Of a DNA stretch of 64,000 nt, positions 26,621 to 37,099 are shown piece by piece; positions within the stretch are counted from its first letter, which is position 1; every line of letters starts with the position of its first letter. Source of the DNA: Candidatus Hydrogenedentota bacterium (GTDB lineage: Bacteria > Hydrogenedentota > Hydrogenedentia > Hydrogenedentales > SLHB01). The translations under genes were made by a program, and so were the position numbers. Location: positions 32,001 to 96,000 of the forward strand of contig BTVY01000004.1 in assembly GCA_045863335.1 (NCBI GenBank), written 5' to 3'. A model generated the notes under the pieces. That model was not told the DNA's origin, did no database searches, and was given only the letters and a program-made list of their open reading frames with translations.

Positions 26621-28003
26621 GTGTTAACTGTGCAAAAAAGGAATAAGGGCTGGCCTACAAGGATGGTGTTGGGGTTCTCCACGGCGATGCCAAATAGAGT
26701 ATTGGGGCACGGGCGGCTTAAGACCTGGACAAGATCCATCCTGCTGGCTGTTCACTCAGTAGCTCTTATGTCGAGAGTTTGGGCTGCTGATCCTGTCGCA
26801 ATCGAAGTTGGCACATGGAGCGCTGAATACGGCCGGGAATGGTTGACTACCGAGTTGACGGCTTTCCAGGAAGCGTATTCAGATGTTTCGGTATCGACTG
26901 TCTCACTTTTTGACCCCTCTCGATACAAAAATCCCGTTGAGAAATTTCCTCGGCTAGCTGAGAATGTAATCGCAATAGACAGTGAGTCTGGCTACGAAAC
27001 GGTGTATTTCGTGGAACGTGACATGCTAGTTCCAATTGAAGATTTCTTGCCTGACCCCGACTTCGACTTTGATAGCTTTTACCCGAAGGTATTCGACAGC
27101 GTCCGATATCAGGGAAAGACTTGGGGTGTTCCTTGGACGTACTGGACCGCGTTCTTGGTTATAGACGAGCAGTTGTTCAATGAATCCAAGATTCCTTTGC
27201 CTCAATCTTGGAAGGACGTACACGAAGCTGCACGGAAGCTAACTAAGGATCGTGATGGCGACGGACAAGTGGATCAATGGGGAATGAGGCTAACTTTCTT
27301 TGACGAAAGTACGCCGTACGCCGCGGTAAGCAAAGTTTTGCAAGATGGTGGACATGTAATGAAGAACGGAATGTTCGACATTAACCATCCTGCATTTATT
27401 GACGCCTTCGAGTTCTTTGGGGAACTCGCAAATGACAGATCAGCCTCAAAACTCGATGCAAGGCAGCCCGAAGAGTTCTTGCAGGACCAGGACGTACGAT
27501 ACGCAATGTTCATTATACCTAGCTTCGATTTGCCACAAATAGAGAATCGGACTGACTTGCGAGTTATGCCGCTGCCGACCGATAAGGAGAAGGTGTGCAT
27601 CGCGGAGTGCAGACGATATTTTGCAATAAGAAAATCTACTCCACAGCAAGAAATGGCTTCTTGGAAGTTTGTTAAGTGGATGACACGAGAAGGGATATCC
27701 CTGCCTACGAATTGGGACGTGTTTCCTTGCAGAAGTAACATTACAGGACGCGAGGATTTTCGGCTCCAATCGAAGAGCAAAATCCAGGGATTGGCAGAAG
27801 CGCTTACTACAAACTCAATTGCAGTTGACCCCGGAGATCCGGTGTACGGCAGGAGGGATGCCTTAATATACATAGTTTCGGGGTTGGCGGGTCCAATGGT
27901 TGAGGGTCAGCCGTTGTCCCCTATTGTTGAGAAAATTGAGATCCAAGCAAATACCATGATACGGCAGATTCTACCTGATATCGCCAGAGATAGTCCGCGG
28001 TAA
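26621..28003 (+). CDS. Extracellular solute-binding protein (sugar ABC type), orphan
   Basis: YQGKTWGVPW, LTKDRDGDGQVDQWG, ASWKFVKWM; no permease nearby. Confidence 0.8.
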   Translation: MLTVQKRNKGWPTRMVLGFSTAMPNRVLGHGRLKTWTRSILLAVHSVALMSRVWAADPVAIEVGTWSAEYGREWLTTELTAFQEAYSDVSVSTVSLFDPSRYKNPVEKFPRLAENVIAIDSESGYETVYFVERDMLVPIEDFLPDPDFDFDSFYPKVFDSVRYQGKTWGVPWTYWTAFLVIDEQLFNESKIPLPQSWKDVHEAARKLTKDRDGDGQVDQWGMRLTFFDESTPYAAVSKVLQDGGHVMKNGMFDINHPAFIDAFEFFGELANDRSASKLDARQPEEFLQDQDVRYAMFIIPSFDLPQIENRTDLRVMPLPTDKEKVCIAECRRYFAIRKSTPQQEMASWKFVKWMTREGISLPTNWDVFPCRSNITGREDFRLQSKSKIQGLAEALTTNSIAVDPGDPVYGRRDALIYIVSGLAGPMVEGQPLSPIVEKIEIQANTMIRQILPDIARDSPR

Positions 28004-28151
28004 GCTTTTGGCCATATGATGGGTCGAAGATTATAGTCCGTGATCGCACGCGACTTACCAAGTTCCTGAGTATAAAACGGGTAACCTCCGATTTGGAGCG
28101 TTTGAACAACAGAAAAGATCTGAAACTATGCACAGGAAAATAAGGTAGAAA

Positions 28152-29195
28152 ATGATGGCCGTAGCGGTGTTTCTCCTAAGTGGACTTGTAAGTCAGTACA
28201 ACCACCCACAAGATTTGTTGAAGGAATTGCAGAGACAATACGTATTACCAGGGGGGCTTGTTGAAGCACTTGGTGAGGGGTCCCTGGACCAAGTTGAACA
28301 AGAATATATTGATCAGTACTCTCAGGCTATTAGCGAGGGAGACGGCGTTGCGGTTCTGGCTTCGTTGAATTCAATTCTTAGCCGAGGGAGTATGACTGAG
28401 GAGCTACGTTCATACTTGCAGCTCGAGAAAGCGGTATGGGAGCTTGGTGTCGAGCAGTATGGCGAGGCTATTGAGACTATGTCTAGTTTGCGGAGTATGT
28501 TGCCGAATGAAGGAATGGAACAGTGCCTTCTAGATTTAGCCGAATTAAAGACTCTCTCATCAGCATACGAGTTAATGGATGTTCCTTTTCAATCTGTCTT
28601 AACCAAATATGAAGAAGCGTTTATAACCCATGACCCTTTCAACGTTTATATGGCCAACGCCTATTATGATTGCGCGAGACTAGCATACAACGGCGGAACG
28701 AAAAATCAGGACACTACATTACTAAACCTGGCCCAACAACGACTTTCGGAATGTGAAGGAATTATCGTCGCAATCGGCACAGATAATGATGAATTGATGA
28801 GAAAGGAGTACGCGAGCCTGGTAGCTCTGGGCCGTAACATAAAGACAATGTCGGCAAAATTGGATCTCGCGGTGCGGAGAGCCGAGGAAGGGAAGATATC
28901 CAGAGTTTCAACCTCTGATTACGCCAAAGGAATTGAGATTCCGAAACCCGAGTTTTCCCAGTTCCGAGGGAGTTCCGAGTCGATAACACCTAGCGAAGCG
29001 GAGTACTCTGCGTCTGTGAAGAACTCGGAAGTTTCCAATATCGCGGTGATCGAGCAACCGTCCGACGAGGCCAGAGAGTCATCGCGTAGGAGTGAGACAC
29101 ATTCGGGTCATTTGTATCTCATTGGAGCGTTTTCGTGCGGGCTACTGGCTGTAGTTGTCTATCGATGGAAGTTTTCGCGAGCAGCCGGAAAATAA
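28152..29195 (+). CDS. Hypothetical helical protein with a C-terminal membrane anchor
   Basis: Hydrophobic C-terminal helix followed by basic residues (YRWKFSR). Confidence 0.6.
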   Translation: MMAVAVFLLSGLVSQYNHPQDLLKELQRQYVLPGGLVEALGEGSLDQVEQEYIDQYSQAISEGDGVAVLASLNSILSRGSMTEELRSYLQLEKAVWELGVEQYGEAIETMSSLRSMLPNEGMEQCLLDLAELKTLSSAYELMDVPFQSVLTKYEEAFITHDPFNVYMANAYYDCARLAYNGGTKNQDTTLLNLAQQRLSECEGIIVAIGTDNDELMRKEYASLVALGRNIKTMSAKLDLAVRRAEEGKISRVSTSDYAKGIEIPKPEFSQFRGSSESITPSEAEYSASVKNSEVSNIAVIEQPSDEARESSRRSETHSGHLYLIGAFSCGLLAVVVYRWKFSRAAGK

Positions 29196-29278
29196 CAAAT
29201 AACAAACAACGAGCCCCAGGCGAATGAAATTAATGTGAATTTTTCCTGAACCATGCGAGGGTGTCGCTTTAGCCAGTA

Positions 29279-30691
29279 ATGCATGATTTCGTACGGACAA
29301 GGTGTATGACCTGTACTATAAATAGGAAAACTGCAAAGGTTGACGCGTGCGTCGCAGCGACGATGCTTTCATGGCCTAAGCCATATCTAGCGTCGGATTC
29401 AATTGAATCCCTGCAAATTGGGGGCGTTTTGAATTCCTCCCGATTCCGTGACTTCGTTATTGCGCATCGAATCTACCCTCTGGTTTTACGTAACCTCTCT
29501 CACCTAGGACGAGGTTCTATAGAAGTCCACCATCGACAACTTGCAGGAGTACTCTATAAGGTGCTTCTGCGGGATTGGTGCCCGACTTTTGCTATACTGC
29601 GAGATACCTACATCGCAACTAGGGCTATATTCGAAAGCCTATCACAACCGTTTACCATATTGAGGGGGTTGCATTTGGCTTCGCTGTACTACGAGGAGCC
29701 ACACGATCGCGTCTTTGGGGATATAGACATACTATGCATGGACAAGCCGAACATGGTTACGCTTAGCGCGTTCGCAGACGCTGGTTTTCTTCCATTAAGA
29801 CTGGCAGATTTTCGTGCGGCCCAAGAAAAGTACGTCTGCCAGATAGAACTAAGGCATAGGATGACCGGCGTACGGCTGGACATCAACTGGAAATTGACCG
29901 GCAACGGACAAAATGGTGGTTTGAGTTTCGATACGACCAAAGTGTGGGAGCGCGCCCAAGGGAAATCGGCAGTCGAATACGAACTTTCCCCAACAGACAC
30001 GCTGTTAGATGTCGCTAGGCACATCGCACAAGGCCATGAATACGATGGTTATACTGTGCAGGCGTGTGCTGACATTTGTCGCATAATGATCCGAGATGGC
30101 GAAAGAATCGATTGGGACTACTTTGAGAGCCAAGTACGACTCGCAAAATTTGAGCGAGCTGCTGCGTTTTTTCTTGATTACTATGATCGTAATTATGCCT
30201 TAAATGAACGAATGCCGAGATTCAGCGAGCGTTTTCTCGGATTTCGAAACTTCGGAGTGCCCCTCTACGAGCGAAGATATATGCGCCACTTAATTACTGT
30301 TCAATCATGGAATTTCCGAAGACGCTCAAACAGTGTCGGCCGACTTTTCATAGCAAATGTCTGTCTAATTGTGAAGTACTTTTCGACCACAAATGGTGCT
30401 GACCTCGTGAGACTAGGCCGCATAACGGTTATTTGGCCGCCAAGCGGTATTGTGATTTTACTCGATGACGAAGCGTTTACGGGTGCACTTTACATGAAGA
30501 GGATGCGTGTCTACGTAATGCTTTGCACATACCTATTTCCGGGGCTCGTGTTTGGGGTGTCTACCAGATTAGTTTGCATGATTTTGTCCCTACTGCATCC
30601 TCGCAATCGCCGCAAGCAAGCGTTCTTGATGGGCAAAATAGAGAGTGGCCTCGCACGTAGCGAATGTGGTGAAAAGGAGAAAATGGTGTGA
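29279..30691 (+). CDS. Nucleotidyltransferase family protein (NTP_transf_5-like)
   Basis: ILRGLHLA..YY....RVFGDIDIL, LDINWKL, IDWD. Confidence 0.8.
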   Translation: MHDFVRTRCMTCTINRKTAKVDACVAATMLSWPKPYLASDSIESLQIGGVLNSSRFRDFVIAHRIYPLVLRNLSHLGRGSIEVHHRQLAGVLYKVLLRDWCPTFAILRDTYIATRAIFESLSQPFTILRGLHLASLYYEEPHDRVFGDIDILCMDKPNMVTLSAFADAGFLPLRLADFRAAQEKYVCQIELRHRMTGVRLDINWKLTGNGQNGGLSFDTTKVWERAQGKSAVEYELSPTDTLLDVARHIAQGHEYDGYTVQACADICRIMIRDGERIDWDYFESQVRLAKFERAAAFFLDYYDRNYALNERMPRFSERFLGFRNFGVPLYERRYMRHLITVQSWNFRRRSNSVGRLFIANVCLIVKYFSTTNGADLVRLGRITVIWPPSGIVILLDDEAFTGALYMKRMRVYVMLCTYLFPGLVFGVSTRLVCMILSLLHPRNRRKQAFLMGKIESGLARSECGEKEKMV

Positions 30692-31725
30692 AAAGTTGTT
30701 TTCGACTTCAGTCGATTGGTGTTCTCGCATTGGCATTTTCCTTTGGCGTTTTTTCACTACTTGAGCTCGAAGCGCATGCGGAGGCGATAGTTCACGTTTT
30801 GGAACCAAACGTCGAAATCGAAGAATGGCCACTTGAGATTTCGTTTGAGCATCAGTTCGTAGTCGAGAATAGAGGGGATGAAGATTTAGTGCTGGAAGTT
30901 GGATCAAAGAGTTGTGGCTGTATTACATCCTTTCTAACGTTAGAGCATATTAGTCCTGGCGCTGTTGGAAAAGTCGGGATACGGACCGATAATCGTTCGG
31001 TTGCAAATCGGCCCTACCTAGAAAGTATGACCGTAGTACTAGAGACAAATGATCCGGACCATCCAACTATTACCCTTTCGGCGAGGGCCAATATTGTGCC
31101 GGTCGCGTATGTTGTAGAAAAGACGGTTAACCTTGGAGAACTGGAAGTGGGAAGTATCGGGACCGGAAAGTTTCTGCTTCGGCACCGAGTACCAATGGAG
31201 ATTGTTGATATTGAGAATTCCTCCCCTGCGCTCACGGTAAGCAATGTAAGAAGCTTTCCTGATGGAGAGTGGAGAATAAAGGAGTTCTCAGTCGAGTTTA
31301 TGCAGCCGGAAGTTGCCGCATGGGTGAGTGAGACAACTATGCTAACAACGGACAACGTCCTGATTCCCGTGATAGAGGTAGATATTGAGTCGAAGTCAAA
31401 GTATGTACTTAGGGCGGATCCTGGGGTGGTGAGTTTCGGCGGAGTATTGCTTGGGGATTCTGCATTGCGAACCGTAATACTGAATTCTGAGGACGAAGGC
31501 ATCTCAGAGCCGGATCATCTTGCCTTAGACAATCCGGACATTGAGGGAAAGATCGTCAAGTCGAATGCTCGGTCGGAATACGAATTGGAGATTCTCGTAC
31601 ATCCTACGTCGCTTTGCGGGGTTCGCCGTGGTTTCGTGCGAGTTTATTCATCTGATGCTCAGCTTTTGAGTCTCGTTGGATATATCTACAGCTGCCCAAG
31701 AAGACTAAACTTGGAGGCGAAATGA
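30688..31725 (+). CDS. DUF1573-type Ig-like domain protein
   Basis: F.VENRGDEDL...SCGC...ISPG and TNDP motifs. Confidence 0.8.
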   Translation: MKSCFRLQSIGVLALAFSFGVFSLLELEAHAEAIVHVLEPNVEIEEWPLEISFEHQFVVENRGDEDLVLEVGSKSCGCITSFLTLEHISPGAVGKVGIRTDNRSVANRPYLESMTVVLETNDPDHPTITLSARANIVPVAYVVEKTVNLGELEVGSIGTGKFLLRHRVPMEIVDIENSSPALTVSNVRSFPDGEWRIKEFSVEFMQPEVAAWVSETTMLTTDNVLIPVIEVDIESKSKYVLRADPGVVSFGGVLLGDSALRTVILNSEDEGISEPDHLALDNPDIEGKIVKSNARSEYELEILVHPTSLCGVRRGFVRVYSSDAQLLSLVGYIYSCPRRLNLEAK

Positions 31726-31771
31726 AAAATCATTTAGGGTGAGATTCACTCAGAGGAGTTAAAGGAGTCCG

Positions 31772-32074
31772 ATGTCGAATATGAATAAGGAAATGCTTCT
31801 ACCGAAGTGGGTGCCCGGAATTGTCAAACACGATTTAGGTTCTGAGTCATTTCTCCATGATGAGCAGAATGAGCGCATCCACGTGCTTAATTGCACTGCG
31901 AGTCTTATCTGGGATCATTGCGATGGTCATACTTCCTATCAAGAGATGCTTGGTATTTTACTGAGAGAGTTTTCGGATGTTACGGTTGATGTGCTACGAA
32001 TAGACTTAGGGCGGGCATTGAAGGAGTTTGCAGAGCGTGGCGTCGTGATGACGCGTGAACAGCCTTGTGAGTGA
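31772..32074 (+). CDS. PqqD family protein / RiPP recognition element
   Basis: HVLNCTASLIWDHCDG...LRIDLGRALKEFAERGVV. Confidence 0.85.
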   Translation: MSNMNKEMLLPKWVPGIVKHDLGSESFLHDEQNERIHVLNCTASLIWDHCDGHTSYQEMLGILLREFSDVTVDVLRIDLGRALKEFAERGVVMTREQPCE

Positions 32075-32111
32075 AGGCTAAAAGTCGGCTTCTATATAGC
32101 CGGGGTAGGTA

Positions 32112-33218
32112 GTGGGTGCAGGAAGAGCTTTGGCGATGGCGGGTTGTTTAACACGACTTAAAGGCGACGGCCGAGTTCCCGACGATGGACGAGATTGGTA
32201 TGATGCGTTGGATATCGGCATCAAGGGGCAGGGCTGGTTTGGAGAGATTAGACCGTACCATCGTCTACCAGGGGAAGCTGAAGAGTATGTAAGCAGGCAA
32301 ACATGGGCTTTTGCACAACATCCAGCTGGATTGTCGGTGTCTTTCCGCACGGACTCAATGAATCTTCTTGCCTGCTGGAAGCTCATGTATCGCGCCAGGG
32401 TCCCGCATATGTCGCCGATTAGCATTGGCGGTATCGATCTCTATTCCAGACGTAGCACCCGTGACTGGGGATACGTAGCTACAGGATTCGCAGGTCGAGA
32501 GGTTGAGAATGTCGATTGTTTGGTTAAGTGCGTTAAGTCCATACCGCGAGATTACTTAGTATACTTACCACTGTTCACGGGTCTGCGGTATTTGCTAATT
32601 GGCGTTGATTCAGGCGCAACGGTCACCTCAGCTAGTTTGGGTCGCCCTGGAGTCTTGCCGGTATGTTTTTACGGCACAAGTCTAACGCAGGGCGCTTGCG
32701 CGTCGCGTCCCGGTATGGCCTATGTAAATATCGTAGGTCGCATGTTGAATGTTGATACTATAAACCTAGGGTTTTCAGGTGCGGGCACAATGGAAATAAG
32801 TGTAGCGAAGTTGCTTCAGCGGGTGCGGTGTAGTGCGTTTGTCCTGGATTGTGCGCCAAATATGTCGCCGGGGATGATCCGAGATAATTGCCCTAAGTTT
32901 ATTGCGGAACTTAGGGCAAGCCACGGTGATGTCCCAATCTCTCTCGTCGAGTGCCCTCGTTACCCGAACTCATGGTTTTTTCCCAACTTGCACGATGCTT
33001 ACGTTGGGAAGAATGCTGCCCTAAAAGAAACCTTTGATTCGTTGGTTTCGAGCGGTGATAAGTATTTACATTACCTTGCAGAGGATGAGCAGGGTCATTC
33101 CGGAACTGACGCAAGTGTAATGAATCATGCTACGGATCTATTCATGTTTTGGTACGCGCACTCCGTGGCAAAACACTTAGGGCGGATTTTGCGTTTACCT
33201 ATATGTTCGGAGCTTTGA
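32112..33218 (+). CDS. SGNH/GDSL hydrolase
   Basis: FYGTSLTQGACASRPG, INLGFSG, HATDL. Confidence 0.85.
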   Translation: MGAGRALAMAGCLTRLKGDGRVPDDGRDWYDALDIGIKGQGWFGEIRPYHRLPGEAEEYVSRQTWAFAQHPAGLSVSFRTDSMNLLACWKLMYRARVPHMSPISIGGIDLYSRRSTRDWGYVATGFAGREVENVDCLVKCVKSIPRDYLVYLPLFTGLRYLLIGVDSGATVTSASLGRPGVLPVCFYGTSLTQGACASRPGMAYVNIVGRMLNVDTINLGFSGAGTMEISVAKLLQRVRCSAFVLDCAPNMSPGMIRDNCPKFIAELRASHGDVPISLVECPRYPNSWFFPNLHDAYVGKNAALKETFDSLVSSGDKYLHYLAEDEQGHSGTDASVMNHATDLFMFWYAHSVAKHLGRILRLPICSEL

Positions 33219-33228
33219 GAAGAACTTA

Positions 33229-33980
33229 GGGCCTCTAACAAAAGCCCCTTGTGAAATTAAAAAGGGATACTGATGCAACCGCGCGCGAGAAACGCTTCGA
33301 GGATGTTTGGGCAACGTTCGTAGCGAACCGAGAGTCTTTGAAATTGGTGCATCCAGCTCAAGACAGCTCAAGACACGTTAGGCGACCCAGCGAAGAATAC
33401 CGAGGCCGCGGCCATGGTCAATGTTACGGCCGGAGGTGCGTGTTCGTATGGCTTGCCCAGGAAGTTATCACTATGGGGCTGGGAGTAAGCGCGGTCGGCA
33501 TCAGCACGAAGGGACGGCGCTTGGGACGGCCGGGTTTTTCCTTTGATGGGAGGAATCGCATCCACCAGGGGAAGCAAATTCCTCCCGTCGTGGCGATTGG
33601 CCCCGGCGATGGTGAATGTCAGAGGAATCCCCTGACCATCCGTGAGCACGTGATGTTTGTGGTTTCGAGTTTGTGCCGATCCGTGGGATTGGGGCCGGTT
33701 TTCAGCCGCCGAAAACTACGCATAAACCGGTACTGTCTACTGCATATGATTAGTCGAGTTGGTCGGACTGAACAACCAGGCGACGTGTATTTCGCCCGTT
33801 CGCTACCAGGTACCTTCGACGTGCGGAAACGCAAAGCGTCGCGAGTATACCATCTGCAACAGCAATCCAAATCCTGGGGCAATAACTCCCATGGAATTAC
33901 CGTGCGCGTAGCGATCAAGGCGCCCAATCAATACGTCGAGGCTGGTCAGCGCGGCGCATACGTGCCTTCATACATCGCCT
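33229..33980 (-). pseudogene. Degenerate IS5-family transposase remnant
   Basis: Frameshifted fragments GPNPTDR and TDGQGIPL...AGANRHD...ADRAY; boundaries approximate. Confidence 0.7.
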
Positions 33981-34104
33981 CGTGTTCGTTTCGAGTCAGG
34001 TTTGCTCTCTACAGTATAATGGACAAGCATGAGTATGGGGTTGAGTTGTAGGCTTTCGGATTGGCAGTAGGAAAGTCTAGAAGGCTTCTGATTGGGAATG
34101 GGAT

Positions 34105-34491
34105 ATGCATACATTTCGTCGGAACAGGCTGTATTTTCTCGGAGAACTCGGCTTCCGTAGTTCTCCGAGAGAACGAGCTAGGAGGACAGTGGAACGCCGA
34201 TGGCAAGAGCAGAATCGCGTAGTGGATTTGTTGGTAAGGGGGGCGAGCATGGGAAACGTGATATCCGATGGAGAGCGTGTGAGCGTACGGTTTTCGGAAC
34301 ATCCGTGTGTAGATCAAAACCAACTTGTGTATATTCGGAATGGGGAGAGGAGAATTGTTCATCGGGTTTTGTTTCGACTGGGCCCGATATTTGTTGAGCA
34401 TGGTATTGCGAATGACTACCGAGGCATACATTGGACATCTTCGGCGATTGGAAATGTTGTTTCGGTCGAAAGAAGGAAAGCGGGAGTGTAG
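34105..34491 (+). CDS. S24/S26-family peptidase-like protein
   Basis: VRGASMG...GERV...IVHRV (Ser/His-type dyad). Confidence 0.65.
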   Translation: MHTFRRNRLYFLGELGFRSSPRERARRTVERRWQEQNRVVDLLVRGASMGNVISDGERVSVRFSEHPCVDQNQLVYIRNGERRIVHRVLFRLGPIFVEHGIANDYRGIHWTSSAIGNVVSVERRKAGV

Positions 34492-34494
34492 ACT

Positions 34495-35592
34495 ATGCCT
34501 TGGGGCAAGGTTTCTCAGCCTCGTACCCTGTGTCTTTGTGGTACACCAGAGGAGATGGGTGCGGAGCACGGTGAATTGTTGCGTGATGAAATTCATGAGA
34601 ATATGTGTGAGTATGTACGTAGGAGTAGAGAGATCTTTGAGGTGCCGTACGAGTACCTGATTAGGAAAGTGGATGAGATCCTCCCTTTTATACCGGACCG
34701 TTTCAGTCGAGAGATCAGGGCACTCGCAGAGTCGGCGCGTGTAGACTTTAGGGAGTTGCTTGCGTTCAATTGTTTGGTGGATATAGACGCTACCTACATG
34801 CAGAATTTGTCTCACTGCTGCAACTTTGTTTTGGTTCCACCGGCGATTAGCGATAGCACAATTCATGGACGGAATTTAGACTTCCCTCATGCCGGAGTCT
34901 TACCTCGTACGGCGGTAGCGTTAGTAAGGTGTCCGGAGGATACGTCAAGATGTGAGACTATTTCGGTTGCATGGGCAGGATACGTCGGCATTTTAACTGG
35001 TTGTAATTCAATGGGAATATCGGTTGGCGAGGTTGGTGTGCCAGCGCGCGACTGTACGGCGCAGGGAGTCCCAATAAGCATTTTGATTCGTGATGCGCTT
35101 GAATCCTCCACGACCATGGATGTTTTTCACGACAAGGTGGGTAGAACCCCGCGCACGGGAGGTTATAATATTGCTGTGTGCGATGCAGTAAATATGAGTT
35201 CGTTGGCGATAGAATGCACGAGAGTTCAGTGCGAGTTTCGAAAGGCGAAAAAGGGGGTACTCGTTGTCGATGATGTATGTCTGTGCAAAAAAACTGGGCT
35301 TCACCGACTTGTTCATGCGTCAGGCGCATTTCGACACGCGCGCATGGTCCAGTTAATCTTACGTGCTTCCGATTCATTTTCATTGGACACCGCTATTCAG
35401 TGTCTAGGCGATAGGTACGATATGGCAACTGGTAGGGCTCATGGTCGAGGATATAACTGTATCTGCAATAGTCACACAATCCATAGCGTGGTTTTCACTG
35501 GTGATTCGGTGTGGATAGCTCAAGGCGTAACTCCGGCACCAACAGGTGGGTACCACAGGCTTGAACTATCTGAATTCTGGTCCCGCAGATGA
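34495..35592 (+). CDS. Peptidase C45 / Ntn-hydrolase family protein
   Basis: GTPEEMGAEHG, HCCNF nucleophile region, HGRNLDF. Confidence 0.85.
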   Translation: MPWGKVSQPRTLCLCGTPEEMGAEHGELLRDEIHENMCEYVRRSREIFEVPYEYLIRKVDEILPFIPDRFSREIRALAESARVDFRELLAFNCLVDIDATYMQNLSHCCNFVLVPPAISDSTIHGRNLDFPHAGVLPRTAVALVRCPEDTSRCETISVAWAGYVGILTGCNSMGISVGEVGVPARDCTAQGVPISILIRDALESSTTMDVFHDKVGRTPRTGGYNIAVCDAVNMSSLAIECTRVQCEFRKAKKGVLVVDDVCLCKKTGLHRLVHASGAFRHARMVQLILRASDSFSLDTAIQCLGDRYDMATGRAHGRGYNCICNSHTIHSVVFTGDSVWIAQGVTPAPTGGYHRLELSEFWSRR

Positions 35593-35764
35593 ATAGTGTT
35601 GGCTTTTTGCCTCGCTAAACTTAGGTTCTCCGCGAGTTAATTGAGCGTTACAGTGCTCGTCTTGAACTCGAGGGGACGGGCGTAGCGACCTCAACGTAGG
35701 GCACATCAAACTGTCAGACAATTACGCGCTCTCCGTAAAGCTATACTTGAACATCGGTACATGG

Positions 35765-36328
35765 CTACTGCTCGCCCCGCTCACACTCCGAAACTCTCCG
35801 CTGGTTAACGCCTAGTTTCTGGGCGAACTCCTGTTGTGTGAGCCCCTGGAGAAGCCGCGTCTGCGGGATACGCTCTGCCGGGGACTCCGGTGACGCGAAT
35901 GGGCTACCCCCGAGAAATGCGGCTATCTTGGGGATTGAGATGTAGTTCTGTCGAGAGTCCGGCTGGCGTTCCCATTTGGACACCGTGGCGGGGTCCACGC
36001 CCATGAGGTGGGCAGTTTCGTCCCAGGAGAGACCCAGGCCTTCCCGGTGGCGCCGCAGTTTCTCTCCGACCGTCCGGCCTGGAGGTCGCGGGTCATAGCT
36101 GAGGAATTCGATGACTTTGGGTAGCGCTCGGAGGTTCGGCGTCGCAGTTCCCGCCTCCCAGTTGAAGACCGAGGTCTTGTCCACCCCCAGAATCCCCGCA
36201 ACCTCCCGTTGCAGGAGGTTCAGGTCCATTCGGCGCTTGCGGATGTGGTCTCCGATGGTTTCTAATGTCTCTGGATAACCGGAAGGAGTTGGTTTTGCTG
36301 AACTTAGCGTTCGATGGCAACAAGGCAA
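35765..36328 (-). CDS. Multi-HTH XRE regulator at the unit end (copy 1)
   Basis: GYPETLETIGDHIRKRRMDLNLLQREVA; three HTH repeats; close paralogue of 48947-49516. Confidence 0.85.
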   Translation of the reverse strand: MPCCHRTLSSAKPTPSGYPETLETIGDHIRKRRMDLNLLQREVAGILGVDKTSVFNWEAGTATPNLRALPKVIEFLSYDPRPPGRTVGEKLRRHREGLGLSWDETAHLMGVDPATVSKWERQPDSRQNYISIPKIAAFLGGSPFASPESPAERIPQTRLLQGLTQQEFAQKLGVNQRRVSECERGEQ

Positions 36329-36336
36329 CGCAACAG

Positions 36337-36813
36337 TGTCCCTGTGGATATCGTTCGCATCCGACCAAGTCCTGTCGCTGCTCCGTTGGCGAGATCCAAC
36401 GATACATGTCGAGGCTATCTGGGCCTCTCCTCGACCGGATCGACATCCATGTCGACGTTCCTGCGTTGACCTATGACGAGATTGCCAATCGAGCGACGAG
36501 CGGCCCAACAAGCGCGGAAGTGAGAACGACAGGGCAAGAAGCCCGAGACCGCCAACGAATTCGCTACAAAGGTCGGATAGCCTGCAACGCCAGGCTGGAT
36601 TCCGGCGCCATCAGAGAGTACTGTCAGGTAAGCAAGGAGTCCGAGCGGTTGCTAGAAAACGTCATGGATGAATTCGGCCTGAGCGCCCGTGCCTACGACA
36701 AGATCCTGCGGGTCGCCCGAACGATCGCCGATGTGGAAGGAGCAGAACATATCTCCGAAATGCATGTTGCGGAGGCGGTGCAATACCGCAGTTTAGACCG
36801 TCAATTGGTCTGA
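36337..36813 (+). pseudogene. comM: comM 3' half (replacement fragment), copy 2
   Basis: CPCGYRSHPTKSCRC...YRSLDR, nearly identical in protein to 17718-18194. Confidence 0.9.
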
Positions 36814-37099
36814 TTTTACCGCTGACTGGTCCAAAGTATGCAGGCCACACAGACTTGATGAAACTCCCTTTTCCGTATCAGTCTCCCACAATTTTTGCTT
36901 GACGAACGTCCGTCTTCGTGTTATACAGAAGCAGGACCAAGGGAGTCTTCGCCGGGGATTGGGTAAGCGCGACGAAGCGAGTTTAGGTCTAGTGCGGTAC
37001 GCGGGGGTTATCCTTGACACACCCACGTGGCTCATCTTGGGGAAGATGCAGCCAGTCGTCCTCCTTCCTCGTTTCCATCGCAGCACGTTCATGTAATTC

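Larger units (their letters stand above)
17718..36336. mobile_element. comM-integrated unit 1 (~18.6 kb, no integrase inside)
   Basis: Starts at the comM CPCG codons; ends with an XRE gene abutting a repeated comM 3' half. Confidence 0.7.

Noticed and set aside
33251-34051. 266-aa + strand ORF
   Set aside because: Antisense shadow of the decayed IS5 transposase; no recognisable motifs.
19258-35592. Lasso peptide cluster
   Set aside because: No lasso cyclase or B2 protease in the unit, and the precursor lacks an obvious Thr(-2)/Gly1 ring pattern.
36265-36336. N-terminal MSLDNRKELVLLNLA... as a real start for short ComM proteins (also at 49453)
   Set aside because: It is the antisense of the XRE 5' end fused to the comM fragment. 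It is conserved in both copies, but XRE/att constraint explains that; translation is not excluded but has no support.
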